A stretch of 64,000 nucleotides of DNA from an uncultured Actinomycetes bacterium (GTDB lineage: Bacteria > Actinomycetota > Thermoleophilia > Gaiellales > JAICJC01): contig CAVRSB010000024.1 in the NCBI GenBank assembly GCA_963723785.1, positions 3,288 to 67,287 on the forward strand, read 5' to 3'. Below, piece after piece: positions 23,363 through 34,970 of the stretch (position 1 is its first letter; the number at the start of each line of letters is the position of its first letter). A model generated the notes under the pieces. It had not been told where the DNA came from. It was given only the letters and a program-made list of their open reading frames with translations, and searched no databases. Position numbers and translations under genes: made by a program.

Positions 23363-24476
23363 CACCCCGAGCAGCCCGAGGGCAGGCCTGGGCCTGTGCA
23401 AGGATGAGCCGCGGCGTGGCACCAACGTAGCTCTGCAGTGCCGCTCTTGGCTTGGCGGTACCAGGCGTCTTGGGCGTCGAGATCCAGGTCGGCCCAGTCG
23501 TCGCCGGCGTTTTCGGCCAGTCCGCGGCCAGCTCGACCCGGGTGCGGAAGCGATCTGCGGCCGCGCGCAACGCCAGCTCGGGGTCGACGTTGGCGTGGCG
23601 GGCGACGTTCACCGCCGCAAACAGAAGATCGCCCAGCTCGTGCACGACGTTGCCGTCGGGCTCGTGCTCGGCCTGCGGCGCGGGGGCGGCGATCGAGCGC
23701 CTCGCGCAGCTCCCGCAGCTCATCGGCCAGATCTCCCCAGGCGCCGTCCCAGGCATCCCAGTCAAAGCCCACCGCCGATGCCCGCCGCTGCAGCTTGCGG
23801 GCAAAGAGCAGGCCCGGCAGCACTCCCGGGACGTCGTGGAAGATGCCGTCGCGGCCCTCGTCGTCGCGCTTGATCTGCTCCCAGTTACGGCGCACCTCAC
23901 CGGCGGTGGCGGCCTCTCGCTCGCCGAACACGTGCGGGTGCCGGCGAATCAGCTTGACGGTGATCCCATCGGCGACGTCCGCCAGGTCGCCGGCGCCGGC
24001 CTCGGCGCACAGCAGTGCCAGAAAGAAGCTCTGAAACAGCAGATCGCCCAGCTCGTCGATGAGCTTCGGTCCGGGGCCATGGGCGGCCGCCTCGGCCGTC
24101 TCGTAGGCCTCCTCGATGGTGTGTGGCACGATCGTCGCCACCGTCTGCTCGCGGTCCCACGGGACAGTCGCTGCGCAGGCGCACGGTCAACTGCTGCAAC
24201 CCCACCAGCGCGTCGCACAGGAGCACCGTTGCGAAAGCGTCGCCCGCCAGGGACGGTCTCATCCCACGGATGATCGGCCCACAGCTGCCGCAGCCGCGGC
24301 CCCGACGCCGCGACCACCGGTGAATCATCCGCCAGCGCGATCCCCTTGCCCCCCAGCCAATCGCGCAGGGGCTCATCGGCAGGGGTGGAGACCGGCCCGG
24401 CGGCCTCGATCACGCGCCAGGAGGCAAGCGGGATCAGATCAGGATGGCCGGGCCCGAGAGCAACCAGCGTGGCCAT
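23359..24476 (-). CDS. mazG: Nucleoside triphosphate pyrophosphohydrolase MazG, frameshifted
   Basis: There are two MazG repeats: EEAYETAEA..ELGDLLFQ..RRHPHVF and ELGDLLFAAVNVARHANVDPELALR. The pieces lie in track ORFs 23949..24476, 23359..24141 and 23355..23900. Confidence 0.8.
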
Positions 24477-24485
24477 CAGCCGATG

Positions 24486-25559
24486 TTACGTGGTTGCGCC
24501 GGTGGACGACGTCGTCGTCGGGCTGGTGAGCGCGGCCGGAGGGGCATACCCGGTGGCGTACTCGGTCTTCTTCTTGAACGCGTCCAGCAGCGCCACGATC
24601 TTGGTGTTGACCTCTTGGTCGACCGTCTGGGCAGGTGGGTTGTACTTTCCGGCGACCATGTCCTTGAGCTTGGCGTAGGCCGCGTCGGTGCCCGCGTTCA
24701 GCGAGTCGCTGATGGGATTGATCAGGAAGTAGCACTTGGGCTTGCACTGCCCCGCCAGGTTGGTCTTGGCATAGTCCGGGTTGGCCTCGACCGGCTGTCC
24801 CCAAGCACCTGTCGGCTGCTGGAACGCGGCCTTCTGGAAGTTCGCGTCCATCAGCCCGGCGCCCGATGCGGCGGTGAACCCGGCCGTGCCGTGGGTGGTG
24901 TCGGCATCGATCGACCCGGTCGCTGCCTTGGCCTCGGCGACGCCCGAGTTGAGCTTCGCGAGGGCAGCGTCGGCCTTGGCCTTGGACGCCCACAACATGT
25001 AGTGCACATCACGCGCGTCACCGAACGTCTTTGGATTCTTCTCGTACTTTGCTTTCAACTGCGCAGGTGTAAGTGTGAGGTCATTCCTGACTGATGTTGC
25101 GACCTTGTTCTGAAGCAATCTGTTATGTGCAACAGCATTGAACTGCGCGGGCGTGAAGCCATACTTTTTCAAGTCGGCCTCGAACTTCGATTGATCACCG
25201 CCGTAGTTCTGCTTTACCAGGGAGTTAATCGCTTTGGTGACCTCTGCATCGCTGACCGAGAGCTTCATGTCCTCGGCAACCATGTTGAACTCGGCGTTCT
25301 GCACGAGCTGCTGCAAGGACGGCTGAATCACTTGCTGCTTGTACTCGGTCGACCCCGCCTTGGGTACCGGCTGGCCCTGAGCCTTGGCGCTCGCAACCAC
25401 CATTGCGATCTGCTCGTCGAGCTGCGCCTTGGTGATGTGCTGACCGTTGACGACAGCCACATCGTCGCTGGAGAGCGAGGATGAGCTCGAGGACGAGCCG
25501 CATGCAACTGCGGCCACGACCAGCACGACCAGGGGAAGGATTTTGAGAAGTCGGGTCAT
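24486..25559 (-). CDS. SurA/PrsA-like lipoprotein chaperone (peptidyl-prolyl isomerase family)
   Basis: Intact 357-aa ORF with a lipobox (LVVLVVAAVACGSS) and a Lys/Gln/Ala-rich SurA-N-like region. Its GC content is visibly lower than that of its neighbours. Confidence 0.65.
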   Translation of the reverse strand: MTRLLKILPLVVLVVAAVACGSSSSSSSLSSDDVAVVNGQHITKAQLDEQIAMVVASAKAQGQPVPKAGSTEYKQQVIQPSLQQLVQNAEFNMVAEDMKLSVSDAEVTKAINSLVKQNYGGDQSKFEADLKKYGFTPAQFNAVAHNRLLQNKVATSVRNDLTLTPAQLKAKYEKNPKTFGDARDVHYMLWASKAKADAALAKLNSGVAEAKAATGSIDADTTHGTAGFTAASGAGLMDANFQKAAFQQPTGAWGQPVEANPDYAKTNLAGQCKPKCYFLINPISDSLNAGTDAAYAKLKDMVAGKYNPPAQTVDQEVNTKIVALLDAFKKKTEYATGYAPPAALTSPTTTSSTGATT

Positions 25560-25569
25560 TTAGAACGAA

Positions 25570-28500
25570 CTACGCCGCGAGTGCGCGGCGGATTTCCACT
25601 ATAGCATCGAGAATTTCCAGTCCAACCATCATCGGCACCGGAGATGTGGAGTTAATTGGAGCGACTCTGACGGACACCTCATTCTTGGCGACCGTATACA
25701 GCGCATCGGCGTGCACATCACGCAGCGCACGCACCTCCGACGACGAGAGCCGCAGCGGCCCCACCGTGAATTTTCCGCCGCGCAGCGACACCGAGTTCGC
25801 TCCCAGATCGGCCGCCACCAGACGAGCCTCCTGGATCGCGATCAAGTTTGCGACCGGCTGGGGCACCGGCCCGAAGCGATCCGTGAGCTCCGCCAGAAGT
25901 TCGCGCAGCGACGAGCGATCGGTTGCCAGTGCGACCCGCCGGTGCAGATCGACCTTGACCGCCTCCAGCGGCACATACTCGGCGGGCACGTAGGCGTCCA
26001 CATGGGCATCCACCCGCACGGCCCGGGTCGGCGGCAGGGTCTCGCCCTGGAGCTCGGCCACCGCCTCGGCCAGCAGCTCGCAGTACAACTCAAACCCGAT
26101 CGCGGCCACGTGCCCCGACTGCTCGTCGCCCAGCAGGTTGCCGGCTCCGCGCAGCTCCAGGTCGCGCATGGCGATGCGATAGCCGGAGCCCAGCTCGGTG
26201 TAGTCGGCCAGAGTCGACAGCCGGTGCCGAGCCTCCTCGCTCAGCTCGCGCTGGTCGGGATAGAACAGGTAGGCGTGGGCGACCGCGTCCGAGCGGCCGA
26301 CCCGCCCGCGGATCTGGTACAGCTGGGCCAGGCCGAGCATGTCGGCCCGCTCCACCACCAGCGTATTGGCCTGGGGGATGTCGAGTCCCGACTCGATGAT
26401 GGTGGTCGACACCAGCACGTCGAAGTCGCCCGCGCAGGAACTTCATCATCACGCCCTCCAGGGAGCGCTCGGTCATCTGCCCGTGGGCGACGCCCACACG
26501 CAGCTCCGGCACCCAGCTGCGCACCCGCTCGGCCGCCTCGTCGATCGTTTCGACCCGGTTGTGCAGGTAGAACGACTGGCCCTCCCGCGCGGCCTCGCGC
26601 CGCAGCGCGGTGGCGATCAGCTCGGGGTCGAACTCGCCCACGTGCGTCTTGATGGGGTGGCGGCCGCGCGGCGGGGTCGTGATCACGGTGATGTCGCGGA
26701 GGCCGGAAAGGCTCATGTGCAGCGTTCGCGGGATCGGCGTGGCCGACATCGACAGCACGTCCACCTCCAACCGCAGCTGCCGCAGAAGCTCCTTCTGGGC
26801 GACGCCGAAGCGCTGCTCCTCGTCCACGATCACCAGCCCCAGGTTCTGCGGCACGACGTCGCGCGACAGCACCCGGTGGGTGCCGACCAGCACGTCCACC
26901 TTGCCTTCGGCGTACTCCGCCAGCACCTTCTTGACCTCGCCCGCCGAGCGGAACCGCGACACCATCTCGACCCGCACCGGGAAGTCGCGAAACCGATCCC
27001 GGAAGGTGGCGGCGTGCTGCTGGGCGAGGATCGTGGTCGGCACCAGCATCAGCACCTGGCGGCCGGCGGTGGCCACCTTGAACGCCGCCCGCAGGGCGAC
27101 CTCGGTCTTGCCGAAACCGACGTCCCCGCACACCAGCCGGTCCATCGGCCGGTCGGACTCGAGCTCCTCGAACACGATGTCGATGGCGGTGCGCTGATCG
27201 TCGGTCTCCTCGAACGGGAAGCCCTCCTCCAGCCGCGCCATCCATTCGCTCTCGGATTCGATCGGGGCCTTGGTCACATGCTGGCGACGGGCGTACAGGG
27301 CCAGCAGCTCGCCGGCCAGCTCGCGCACCGCCACCCGAGCTCTCGTCTTGAGCGTCTGCCACGCCTTGCCACCAAGCTTGCTCAGCGCCGGAGCGCGGCC
27401 GTCGGAGCCGACGTAGCGGCTGACCTTGGCCAGCTGGTCGTGCGGCACATACAGCCGGTCCTCGCCCTTGAACTCGAGGTACAGGTAGTCGCGGACGACC
27501 CCTGCCACCTCCTTGGTGTCGAAGCGGACGAACCGGCCGACGCCGTGATCCTCATGCACCACGTAGTCGCCGGCGCGGAGATCCGAGACGGTGGCCAGCG
27601 CCCGCCCGATGCGGGCCGGGCCGCGAGCACCCCGTCGCCGGAACAGCTGCACCGACGGCAGCACCGCCACCCCCAGCGACGGCGCGACGAACCCGTGGCG
27701 GAGATTCGAGAGCACGAACCGCACTCCCGGCTCGGTGAACGCGCCGCCCTCGCCCGGCGGCTCGGCCTCCACCCGGCGAAGCGCCAGCCGAGTGCGTTCG
27801 GCTTCGCCGGGATGCGGGAAGCACACGAGCACGCGGTAGCCGGCGCGCACCAGCGCGCGCAGCTCGTTCTCGGCCTCGGCGATCCCCACCGAGGCCAGCG
27901 CCGGCGGCTGGGCCTCGAAGCTCACCGGCTGCCCCAGCGGCATCTCCTCCAACGCCGCGCAGGACTCGATCAGAGTCGCCACCCGATCGGCCGAGACGTA
28001 TCCGCGGGCGCGCACCTGCGTCGTCGCGCAGGCGATCGGCCACCTCCTGCTGGGCCTCGTTGACCTCCGCCACCAGCGCGTCGGGATTCCACGCCACCAC
28101 CCCGGCCCGTGCCACCAACTCCTCGGTCAGCGGCCACCATGCCGGCCGGGATCTCAGGCTCATCCCCCTGCCCCCAGCCGGCGGGGCGGTCGCTCTGCTC
28201 TGCGGCGGGATACAGCTCGATCCGCCCGAGATCGCGCAGCGAGCGCTGGGTGAACAGCGAGAACGCCGACACCCGCTCCACCTGATCGCCGAACAGTTCG
28301 ATCCGGATCGGCTCGCGTCCGGTGGACGCGAACACGTCGATCAGCCCACCCCGCACCGAGAACTCTCCCCGCTCCTGGACGTTGTGCGTGCGCTCGTAGC
28401 CCGCGCCGGAGAGCGCGTGCACCAGGCCGTCGAAGTCGACCTCCTCGCCGGCGCTGACGACGATCGGCGCCGGCCGGTCGGCCGCGGACGCCACCCGCTC

Positions 28501-28913
28501 GATCAGCGCGTCGGCCGATACCGCCACCAGCCCACCGCGAGACAGCACCTGCAGCGCCCGGTGGCGCTCGCCCACCAGGTGGGCCGCCGGCTCGAGGCCG
28601 CTGCCGTAGATCGCTCCCCGAGACGGGAGGTAGCCCACCGGAACGCCCGGAAGGTACTGCCCTGGCATCCTCCGCCAGCGACCGGGCGGCGTCGTCGTCA
28701 GAGACCAGCACCGCCAGCGCCCGGGCGTCCTCGGACGTCGCGCAGCTTCCACAGCGCAGCCGCCAGCGCCGGCATCAACGCGGCCGATACCCGGGCTCGG
28801 GTGACCTCGGTTGCAGTGCGACGGCCGAAGGCCTCGACCTCCGGGCTCGCCAGCAAGAGCTCGAGCGCCAGGTCGGCGCCCACCGGCGCGGGGGTACGTG
28901 CGGTGATGTCCAT
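25570..28913 (-). CDS. mfd: Transcription-repair coupling factor, multiply frameshifted
   Basis: The RNAP-interaction block is DYVVHEDHGVGRF. The helicase motifs are GDVGFGKTEVA, VIVDEEQRFGV and SATPIPRTL. Also present are TRG-type QLYQIRGRVGR and a C-terminal D7 region. Confidence 0.9.
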
Positions 28914-28958
28914 CCTCCGCAGGATGGTAGGCTCCCTGCCGCATCATCGACGGAGGTC

Positions 28959-29195
28959 TTGCCCGTGCGCCGTGTTCTCGTCCTTGTGTATGTCGTCGTC
29001 CTCTCGCTGGCCCTGCCGGTGGCTGCGTTTGCTGCGACCAGCACCGCCGCGGAGACCAGCGAAGCCCCGACCGGGCACGACGGCACCCTGACCTCGATCT
29101 TCATCGTCGCGCTCGGCATCCCGCTGGTGCTGACCGTGCTGACGCTGATCGACATCGCCCGTGGCAAGCACACCCAGAGCCACGCCGATCACTGA
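28959..29195 (+). CDS. Small membrane protein (signal peptide plus one TM helix)
   Basis: Track ORF of 78 aa: VLVLVYVVVLSLALPVAAFA, then IFIVALGIPLVLTVLTLI. Confidence 0.3.
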   Translation: MPVRRVLVLVYVVVLSLALPVAAFAATSTAAETSEAPTGHDGTLTSIFIVALGIPLVLTVLTLIDIARGKHTQSHADH

Positions 29196-30479
29196 GGCGC
29201 AGCTCCAGCAGCTCAGCGAGCTGCTGCGGATCGAGTCGATCTCGAGCGACGGCGCGCATCCCAGCGAGCTGCGGGCGGCCGCCGATTGGGTGGCGCGGCT
29301 GATCGGGGATGCGCGGGTGCTGTGCGAGTACCGCAACCCGATCGTGGACGGCACCATCCCCGCCGAGCGTCGGCGGACGCCCCCACCGTGATCGTGTACG
29401 GCCACTACGACGTACAGTCGCCGGGCGATCCTGATCTGTGGACGAGCCCTGCGTTTGAGCCGACCGTGCGGGACGGGTGGCTGTACGCCCGCGGCGTCTC
29501 CGACGACAAGGGCAACTTCTATGCCCTGATCCGCGCGGCGCTCGACCTGGCCGAGGCCGGCCAGCTGCCCGTCAACGTGCGGGTGCTGTGCGACGGCGAG
29601 GAGGAGATCGGAGGCGGCTCGGTGGTCGACCACCTGGCCACCATCGAGGGTGAGTTCGCCGCCGCCATCGTCTTCGACGGCCACATGGTCGACTCCCACC
29701 GCCCGGCGATCACCACCGGGCTGCGAGGGCTGGTGGGATTCCAGCTGCACGTCCGCAGCGGCGAGCGAGAGCTGCACTCGGGCCTGTACGGCGGGGCGGC
29801 GGCGAACGCTGTCGATGACCTCACCACGATTTTGAACGCGGTGATCGGCAAAGAGTCCGAATTCGCCGACGGCACCGCAGCGGTCAGCGCCGAGGAGCGA
29901 GCCGGATGGGCCGAGCTTCCCTCGGGCGCGGAGCTGCTGGCAGAGGCCGGTGCACGACCGCGCGACCCCCAAGCCACCAGTGAGGCGTACGAACGCATCT
30001 GGGCGCGGCCGTCGTTGACCGTGCACTCTGTCGGTGCCGGCGATCCGACCATCATCAAGACGTCGATCTCGGTCGAGGCGCGGGCCTCCGTGACGCTGCG
30101 ACTGGCGCCTGGGCAGGAGCCCGAGCCGATGTTCGAACGGCTGCAGCAGCGGCTGCAGGCGGCCTGCCCGGACCACGCCACACTCCAGCTCGATCCCTGG
30201 CCGATGGCCCGTCCCGCCTACGTCGACCCCAACGGGCCGGTACTGCAGGCCGCCTTCGCCGCGATCGAGAGCGCCACCGGCGTGCGCCCGCTGGCGATCC
30301 GCAGTGGCGGCTCGATCCCCATCGGCGCGGCCCTGGTCGCCCGTGGGATTCCCACCATCCTAAGCGGGTTCGGCACGGCCGAAGACAACATCCATTCGCC
30401 CAATGAGGGCATGGAGTTGCGCCGTCTCGAGTGGGCGCTGGGGTCGGCCCGCGAGTTGTATCTCGCACTTGGTGGTTGA
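29161..30479 (+). CDS. M20-family dipeptidase/peptidase (one frameshift near 29380)
   Basis: The blocks are LLRIESISS, VIVYGHYDVQ, ARGVSDDKG and DGEEEIGG. Track ORFs 29161..29391 and 29286..30479 join to give the gene. Confidence 0.8.
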
Positions 30480-30736
30480 GTCCGGCCGCAGATGGGTTTA
30501 GGCTTCGCTCTTCGTGAAGCGGCGGCCCCGAGGGATGAGTGAGCACCAGGTTCGTACTCGACTGTACGACCCGCCGGAGGCTGTCCGCAGAATTGACTCG
30601 ATGATGGCCTGCTGGAAACTGACCTCAGGCCCGACAGTCAAAGGCGAGGATGTGCGCAAGGCGTTCGAGCAGCGCCTCGACCATCGCGCCCCCGATGTGG
30701 TGGCCGCTCCGGTTCAGTCCGACAGCGGTCCGCGCA

Positions 30737-31300
30737 TCAGGCTGATCGCCTAAGCAGCTCGAGGGTGCGGCCGGTCGCGCGCTCGACCAGGTCGTCCACA
30801 TCGACCTCGGGCTCAAACGGCGTCAGCACCCAATCCACCACCGGCCGTCGGTCCCCCCGCTCAGGCCGCCCCACGCCGATGCGCACGCGCGTGAAGTCGG
30901 GCGTGCCCAGGTGGTCAACGATCGAGCGCAGGCCGTTGTGCCCGGCCAGCCCGCCGCCGGTCTTGACCCGGATATCCCCGAGCGTGAGATCGATCTCGTC
31001 GTGCACCACCACCAGCGCCGCCGGTTCGAGCTTGTAGAACCGCATGGCAGCGGCCACCGAGCGGCCGGAGTCGTTCATCATCGTCTCGGGCTCCAGCAGC
31101 GCGAGTCGGGCGTCACCGTCGCGCACCTCGCACAGCCGGCCGTTGAACTTGCCGCGCCACGAACCGCCGAGCTCAGCGGCCAGCCGATCGGCCACCCGAA
31201 ACCCGATGTTGTGGCGCGTCAGCTCGTACTTGCGACCGGGGTTGCCGAGGCCGGCGACCAGATGGTCGAGCGACGATCCACGCCCACCGAACAACCGCAC
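30737..31300 (-). CDS. pth: Peptidyl-tRNA hydrolase
   Basis: Intact ORF with GLGNPG..Y..TRHNIGF, NDSGRSV and GGLAGHNGLRS. Confidence 0.95.
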   Translation of the reverse strand: MRLFGGRGSSLDHLVAGLGNPGRKYELTRHNIGFRVADRLAAELGGSWRGKFNGRLCEVRDGDARLALLEPETMMNDSGRSVAAAMRFYKLEPAALVVVHDEIDLTLGDIRVKTGGGLAGHNGLRSIVDHLGTPDFTRVRIGVGRPERGDRRPVVDWVLTPFEPEVDVDDLVERATGRTLELLRRSA

Positions 31301-31998
31301 TAGTCGGACTCGGCCGGTGCTTCCTCGGAGGCCTCGCCGTCCTCGCCTTCGCCCTCGCCCTCGACGCCCTCGCCCTCGACGCCCTCTTCGCCTTCCTCGC
31401 CCTCTTCGCCCTCGACCGGCTCGCCCTCGAGCTCGGCTTCGGAGATCGGCGCGGTCACGATCGCGAGCACTGTCCCATCAGGGTCGTCGAGAAACTCGAC
31501 GCCCTCGGGAACGGGCACGTCGGCCAACCGCAGCGAAGTGCCGATCTCGAGCTCCGACACGTCCACCAAGATCGACTCGGGGATCGCTGTGGGCAGCACT
31601 GAGATCTGGACTTCGTGGGACGGCTGCGACAGCACACCGCCCATCTCGACGCCATGAGGGATGCCCTCCAGGTGCACCGCCACCACCGTCTGGATCTTGC
31701 GGTCGAGCGGAATCTCGTGGAAGTCGACGTGAACGACACGGTCGCGCACCGGGTCGAGCTGCATGTCCTTGATGATCGCCGGGCGGGCCTTGGTGCCGTC
31801 GACGGTGACGTCCAGCAGGGCATAGAGGCCACCCGGGCCGGTCACGGCAGTGCGCAGCGCCCGGGCGTCCACGGTGACCGCGGTCGACTCAGCCCCCCGC
31901 GCATAGATCACAGCGGGAATCTCCCCGGCCGCACGCAGCGCCCGCACATCCTTGCCACGTTCCGTGCGTGAGCGCACTTCGAGTTTTACGCGATCCAT
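31300..31998 (-). CDS. rplY: 50S ribosomal protein L25 / general stress protein Ctc, with long acidic Gly-Glu tail
   Basis: Intact 232-aa ORF containing RTERGKDVRALRAAGEIPAVIY. It sits between prs and pth. Confidence 0.9.
   Translation of the reverse strand: MDRVKLEVRSRTERGKDVRALRAAGEIPAVIYARGAESTAVTVDARALRTAVTGPGGLYALLDVTVDGTKARPAIIKDMQLDPVRDRVVHVDFHEIPLDRKIQTVVAVHLEGIPHGVEMGGVLSQPSHEVQISVLPTAIPESILVDVSELEIGTSLRLADVPVPEGVEFLDDPDGTVLAIVTAPISEAELEGEPVEGEEGEEGEEGVEGEGVEGEGEGEDGEASEEAPAESD
31331..31430 (-). repeat. Low-complexity GCC/CTC tandem repeats encoding the (G/E)n tail of L25
   Basis: Repeated gccctc/gacgccctc units are visible in the sequence. Confidence 0.7.
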
Positions 31999-32027
31999 CG
32001 TTTCGGCTCCTGGGAAGAGATCCGCGT

Positions 32028-32981
32028 CTAGAAGAGCTGGTTACCACCGTGGAACAGCTCGGACACGGAATCATCGTTGAAAACGTTGGAGATCGTATCA
32101 GCCAGGATCGGTGCGACCGACAGCACCCTCACGTTGTCGGGCCGGCGGATGGGGTCGACCGGGATGGTGTCGGTGACCACGACCTGCTTGAACACGCTCG
32201 ACTCCAGCCGCTCATTGGCCGGCCCCGAGAAGACCGCGTGGGTGGCACAGGCATACACCTCGGTGGCGCCCCGCTCCATCAGCGAGTCGCCGCCGGCGCA
32301 GAGCGTTCCGGCGGTATCGATCATGTCGTCGATGACGATGCAGATCTTGCCCTTGACCCGGCCGATCACGTCGGTCACGACCGCCACCTGCTGCTCGGGG
32401 CGGTCCTTGGAGATGATCGCCAGGCCCGCACCCAGCATCTCGGAGAACTTCTTCGCCAGCTTCGTCCGGCCCGCGTCGCCGGCCACCACCACGATGTCGT
32501 CGGGATCGGCGGCGATGATGTCCTTGAAATGGTCGGCGAGCATCGGCACGGCGGTCATGTGGTCGACCGGAGTTGTGAAAAATCCCTGCACCTGACCGGC
32601 GTGCAGGTCCATCGTCAGCACCCGGTCGACCCCTGCGGCCTCGAGCATGTCGGCCACCAGCTTGGCCGTGATCGGCTCGCGCGGCATGCCCTTCTTGTCC
32701 TGGCGCACGTACGGATACCACGGCATCACGGCGGTCACCCGCTTGGCCGAAGCCAGCCGAGCCGCCTGCACCATGATCAGCAGCTCGACCAGCGAATCGT
32801 TGGGGCTGGGAGTCGAGCACGACTGCACCAGGAACACGTCCGCTCCGCGGATCGACTCCTCATAGCGGGCGTACACCTCGCCGTTGGTGAAGGTCTTGAG
32901 CGTGACCTCGGCCAGGCTCACGCCGAGCTGCTCGGCGATGCGCTCGCCCAACTCGGGGTTCGACCTGCCGGAGAACAGCAT
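32028..32981 (-). CDS. prs: Ribose-phosphate pyrophosphokinase
   Basis: Intact 317-aa ORF with DLHAGQVQGFF and IVIDDMIDTAGT. Confidence 0.95.
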   Translation of the reverse strand: MLFSGRSNPELGERIAEQLGVSLAEVTLKTFTNGEVYARYEESIRGADVFLVQSCSTPSPNDSLVELLIMVQAARLASAKRVTAVMPWYPYVRQDKKGMPREPITAKLVADMLEAAGVDRVLTMDLHAGQVQGFFTTPVDHMTAVPMLADHFKDIIAADPDDIVVVAGDAGRTKLAKKFSEMLGAGLAIISKDRPEQQVAVVTDVIGRVKGKICIVIDDMIDTAGTLCAGGDSLMERGATEVYACATHAVFSGPANERLESSVFKQVVVTDTIPVDPIRRPDNVRVLSVAPILADTISNVFNDDSVSELFHGGNQLF

Positions 32982-33088
32982 CAGCCGCTTATTGGGCGTG
33001 CGCTCGACCCAGGTGGACGGGAGATCCCTGGTTCACCGCGCGGGCCGCCATGCCACTCGAGGCGAACATCGGAATCGTCGTCTCGACA

Positions 33089-34419
33089 CTAACGACGCTT
33101 TCGCTTTCCATATCCCTCGATGTTCTTTTGACGGGCACGCGCAACCCCCAGGGCGTCGGGTGGAACGTCGTCTGTGATAACGGAACCGGCCGCAGTCCAC
33201 GCGCGGTCTCCAATGGTCACCGGCGCAACGAACACATTGTCGCAGCTGGTGTGGACGCCCTCTCCGATCACCGTCCGCTGCTTGGTCTCGCCGTCGTAGT
33301 TGGCGGTGATCCCGCCGGCCCCGATGTTCGTGCCGGCGCCGATCTCGGCATCGCCGATGTAGGACAGGTGCGGCACCTTCGCGTCCTCGCCGATGTGGGA
33401 GTTCTTGATCTCCACGTAGGTTCCGGCCTTGGCCCTGGCTGCCAACTCGGCGCCCGGTCGCAGGTAGCAGAACGGCCCCACCAACGCCGACTCGCCGATG
33501 ATCGCGTCGACCGCGACCACGTGCGGCCCCACCTCGGCGCCGGTGGCGATGCTGGTGTCGCCGCGCAGCACGGTGAAGGGATGGATGGTGACGTCGGCCT
33601 CGATCTGGACGCTGTCGTCGATCATGGTGGAGGCCGGGTCGATCAAGGTGACACCGGCCAGCATGTGGCGATGGTTGATGCGCGCCCGCAGCAGCCGCGC
33701 AGCCTCCGCCAGGTCGGCGCGGTGGTTGACCCCGACGGCGATGGTGGGATCGGCGTGGGTGTGGGCGATCACCCGGTCGCCGTCGCCGCGCAGGATCTCG
33801 ATCACGTCGGTGAGATACAGCTCGCCCTGGGCGTTGTCGGAGTCGAGCCGTCCCAGCGCCGGCCACAGCGAGGCCGCGTCGAAGGCGAAGATTCCGGTGC
33901 TGACCTCGGTGATCGCGCGCTGCTCGGCGTGGCGTCGCGCACCTCCACGATCCGCTCGAACTCACCGTCTGGCCCGCGCACGATGCGGCCGAAGGCCTCG
34001 CCGATCTCGTCGGTGCGACGCAGCGCAATCACGCTGGCGCGGGCATCCGCCTCGGTGTGGGCGGCCACCAGGTCGCGCAGCGACTGAGGATCGGTGAGCG
34101 GATGATCGGCGTTCAGGACGACCACGACGCCCTCGAATCCCTCCAGCGCCGGGCCGGCACAGGACACCGCGTCGCCGGTACCGCGCGCCACCGGCTGGAC
34201 TGCGGGCGTTGCCCACTCCGGCAGGCTGGCCACCAGCTCGGGATCGTCGGGCGGGACGACCACGACCACCCGCTGCGGATCGAACTCGGCCACCGCTCCC
34301 AGCGTCCAGTCCAGCAACGTGCGACCACACGCCTGGTGCAGCAACTTGGGCAGCGACGATTTCATCCGGGTGCCTTTGCCTCCGGCGAGTATCACGCATG
34401 CGAGCGGTGCGATGGTCAT
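33089..34419 (-). CDS. glmU: Bifunctional UDP-GlcNAc pyrophosphorylase / GlcN-1-P acetyltransferase (frameshift near 33850-33900)
   Basis: The N-terminus has LAGGKGTRMKS. The C-terminal left-handed beta-helix carries hexapeptide repeats, including NYDGETKQRTVIG. Confidence 0.9.
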
Positions 34420-34444
34420 CGGTATGTGGACGATGTGATCGAAG

Positions 34445-34515
34445 CTGGGGCGCCTGGATTCGAACCAGGGATCACGGGACCAAAACCCGTTGCCTTACCA
34501 CTTGGCCACGCCCCA
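34445..34515 (-). tRNA. tRNA-Gln (anticodon UUG), CCA not encoded
   Basis: It folds by hand into a cloverleaf. The acceptor stem is TGGGGCG/CGCCCCA, the anticodon stem ACGGG/CCCGT with loop TTTTGGT, and the T-arm CCTGG-TTCGAAT-CCAGG. Confidence 0.9.
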
Positions 34516-34586
34516 TCGCAAACGAGGCGCCGCACGAGTATACGGCGTGCGCCCAGGGCTCGCGCCGCGGTTGGTAGGTGAAGCGC

Positions 34587-34963
34587 TCAGCGCCGCCGGT
34601 CGCCCAGCATCACGAGCACCAACACGATCAGCAGCCCGACCGCCAGGATCGAAGCGATGAAGAAGCCGACGGTGATCGCAGGAAGCAGCAGCCCGGCGAT
34701 CGCCTGGGCCATGACCACGATCCACAGCGGGCGCCGGACGCGCACCGGAATCCGATGGCGGAGATTCAGATACGACGATCACCGACACGATCCCGATCAC
34801 GGTCATCAGCAGCGCGTGGCCGCGTGACGTAGGCCACCACGGCCTCGATCAGCCCGGCCACCACCGCGATCTTCAAGCCGTTCTGGCGCAGCCACCGAGA
34901 CGGGGAGCGTCCAGGGCTCTGTTCGACCGTTATCGCGTCGGAGGAGATGTTCCACTTGGCCAT
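34587..34963 (-). CDS. Small integral membrane protein, frameshifted
   Basis: It starts MAKWNISSD (ATG at 34963) and contains hydrophobic segments in three frames (IAVVAGLIEAVVAYV, MTVIGIVSVIV, ITVGFFIASILAVGLLIVLVLV). Confidence 0.4.
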
Positions 34964-34970
34964 GCCTGAA

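Noticed and set aside
30514-30753. An 80-aa ORF in a lower-GC patch between the M20 peptidase and pth.
   Set aside because: It has no motif or ribosome-binding site, and it overlaps the pth 3' end. Evidence is insufficient to call it a gene.
31331-31430. The short tandem repeats could be a CRISPR-like or VNTR locus.
   Set aside because: The units are 6-9 nt, contiguous and in frame inside rplY, encoding a Gly/Glu tail. There are no spacers and no cas genes.
34537-34542. A TATACT box on the minus strand, 22 nt upstream of the tRNA-Gln 5' end, could be a -10 promoter element.
   Set aside because: There is no acceptable -35 at 16-18 bp. A single hexamer is too little support.
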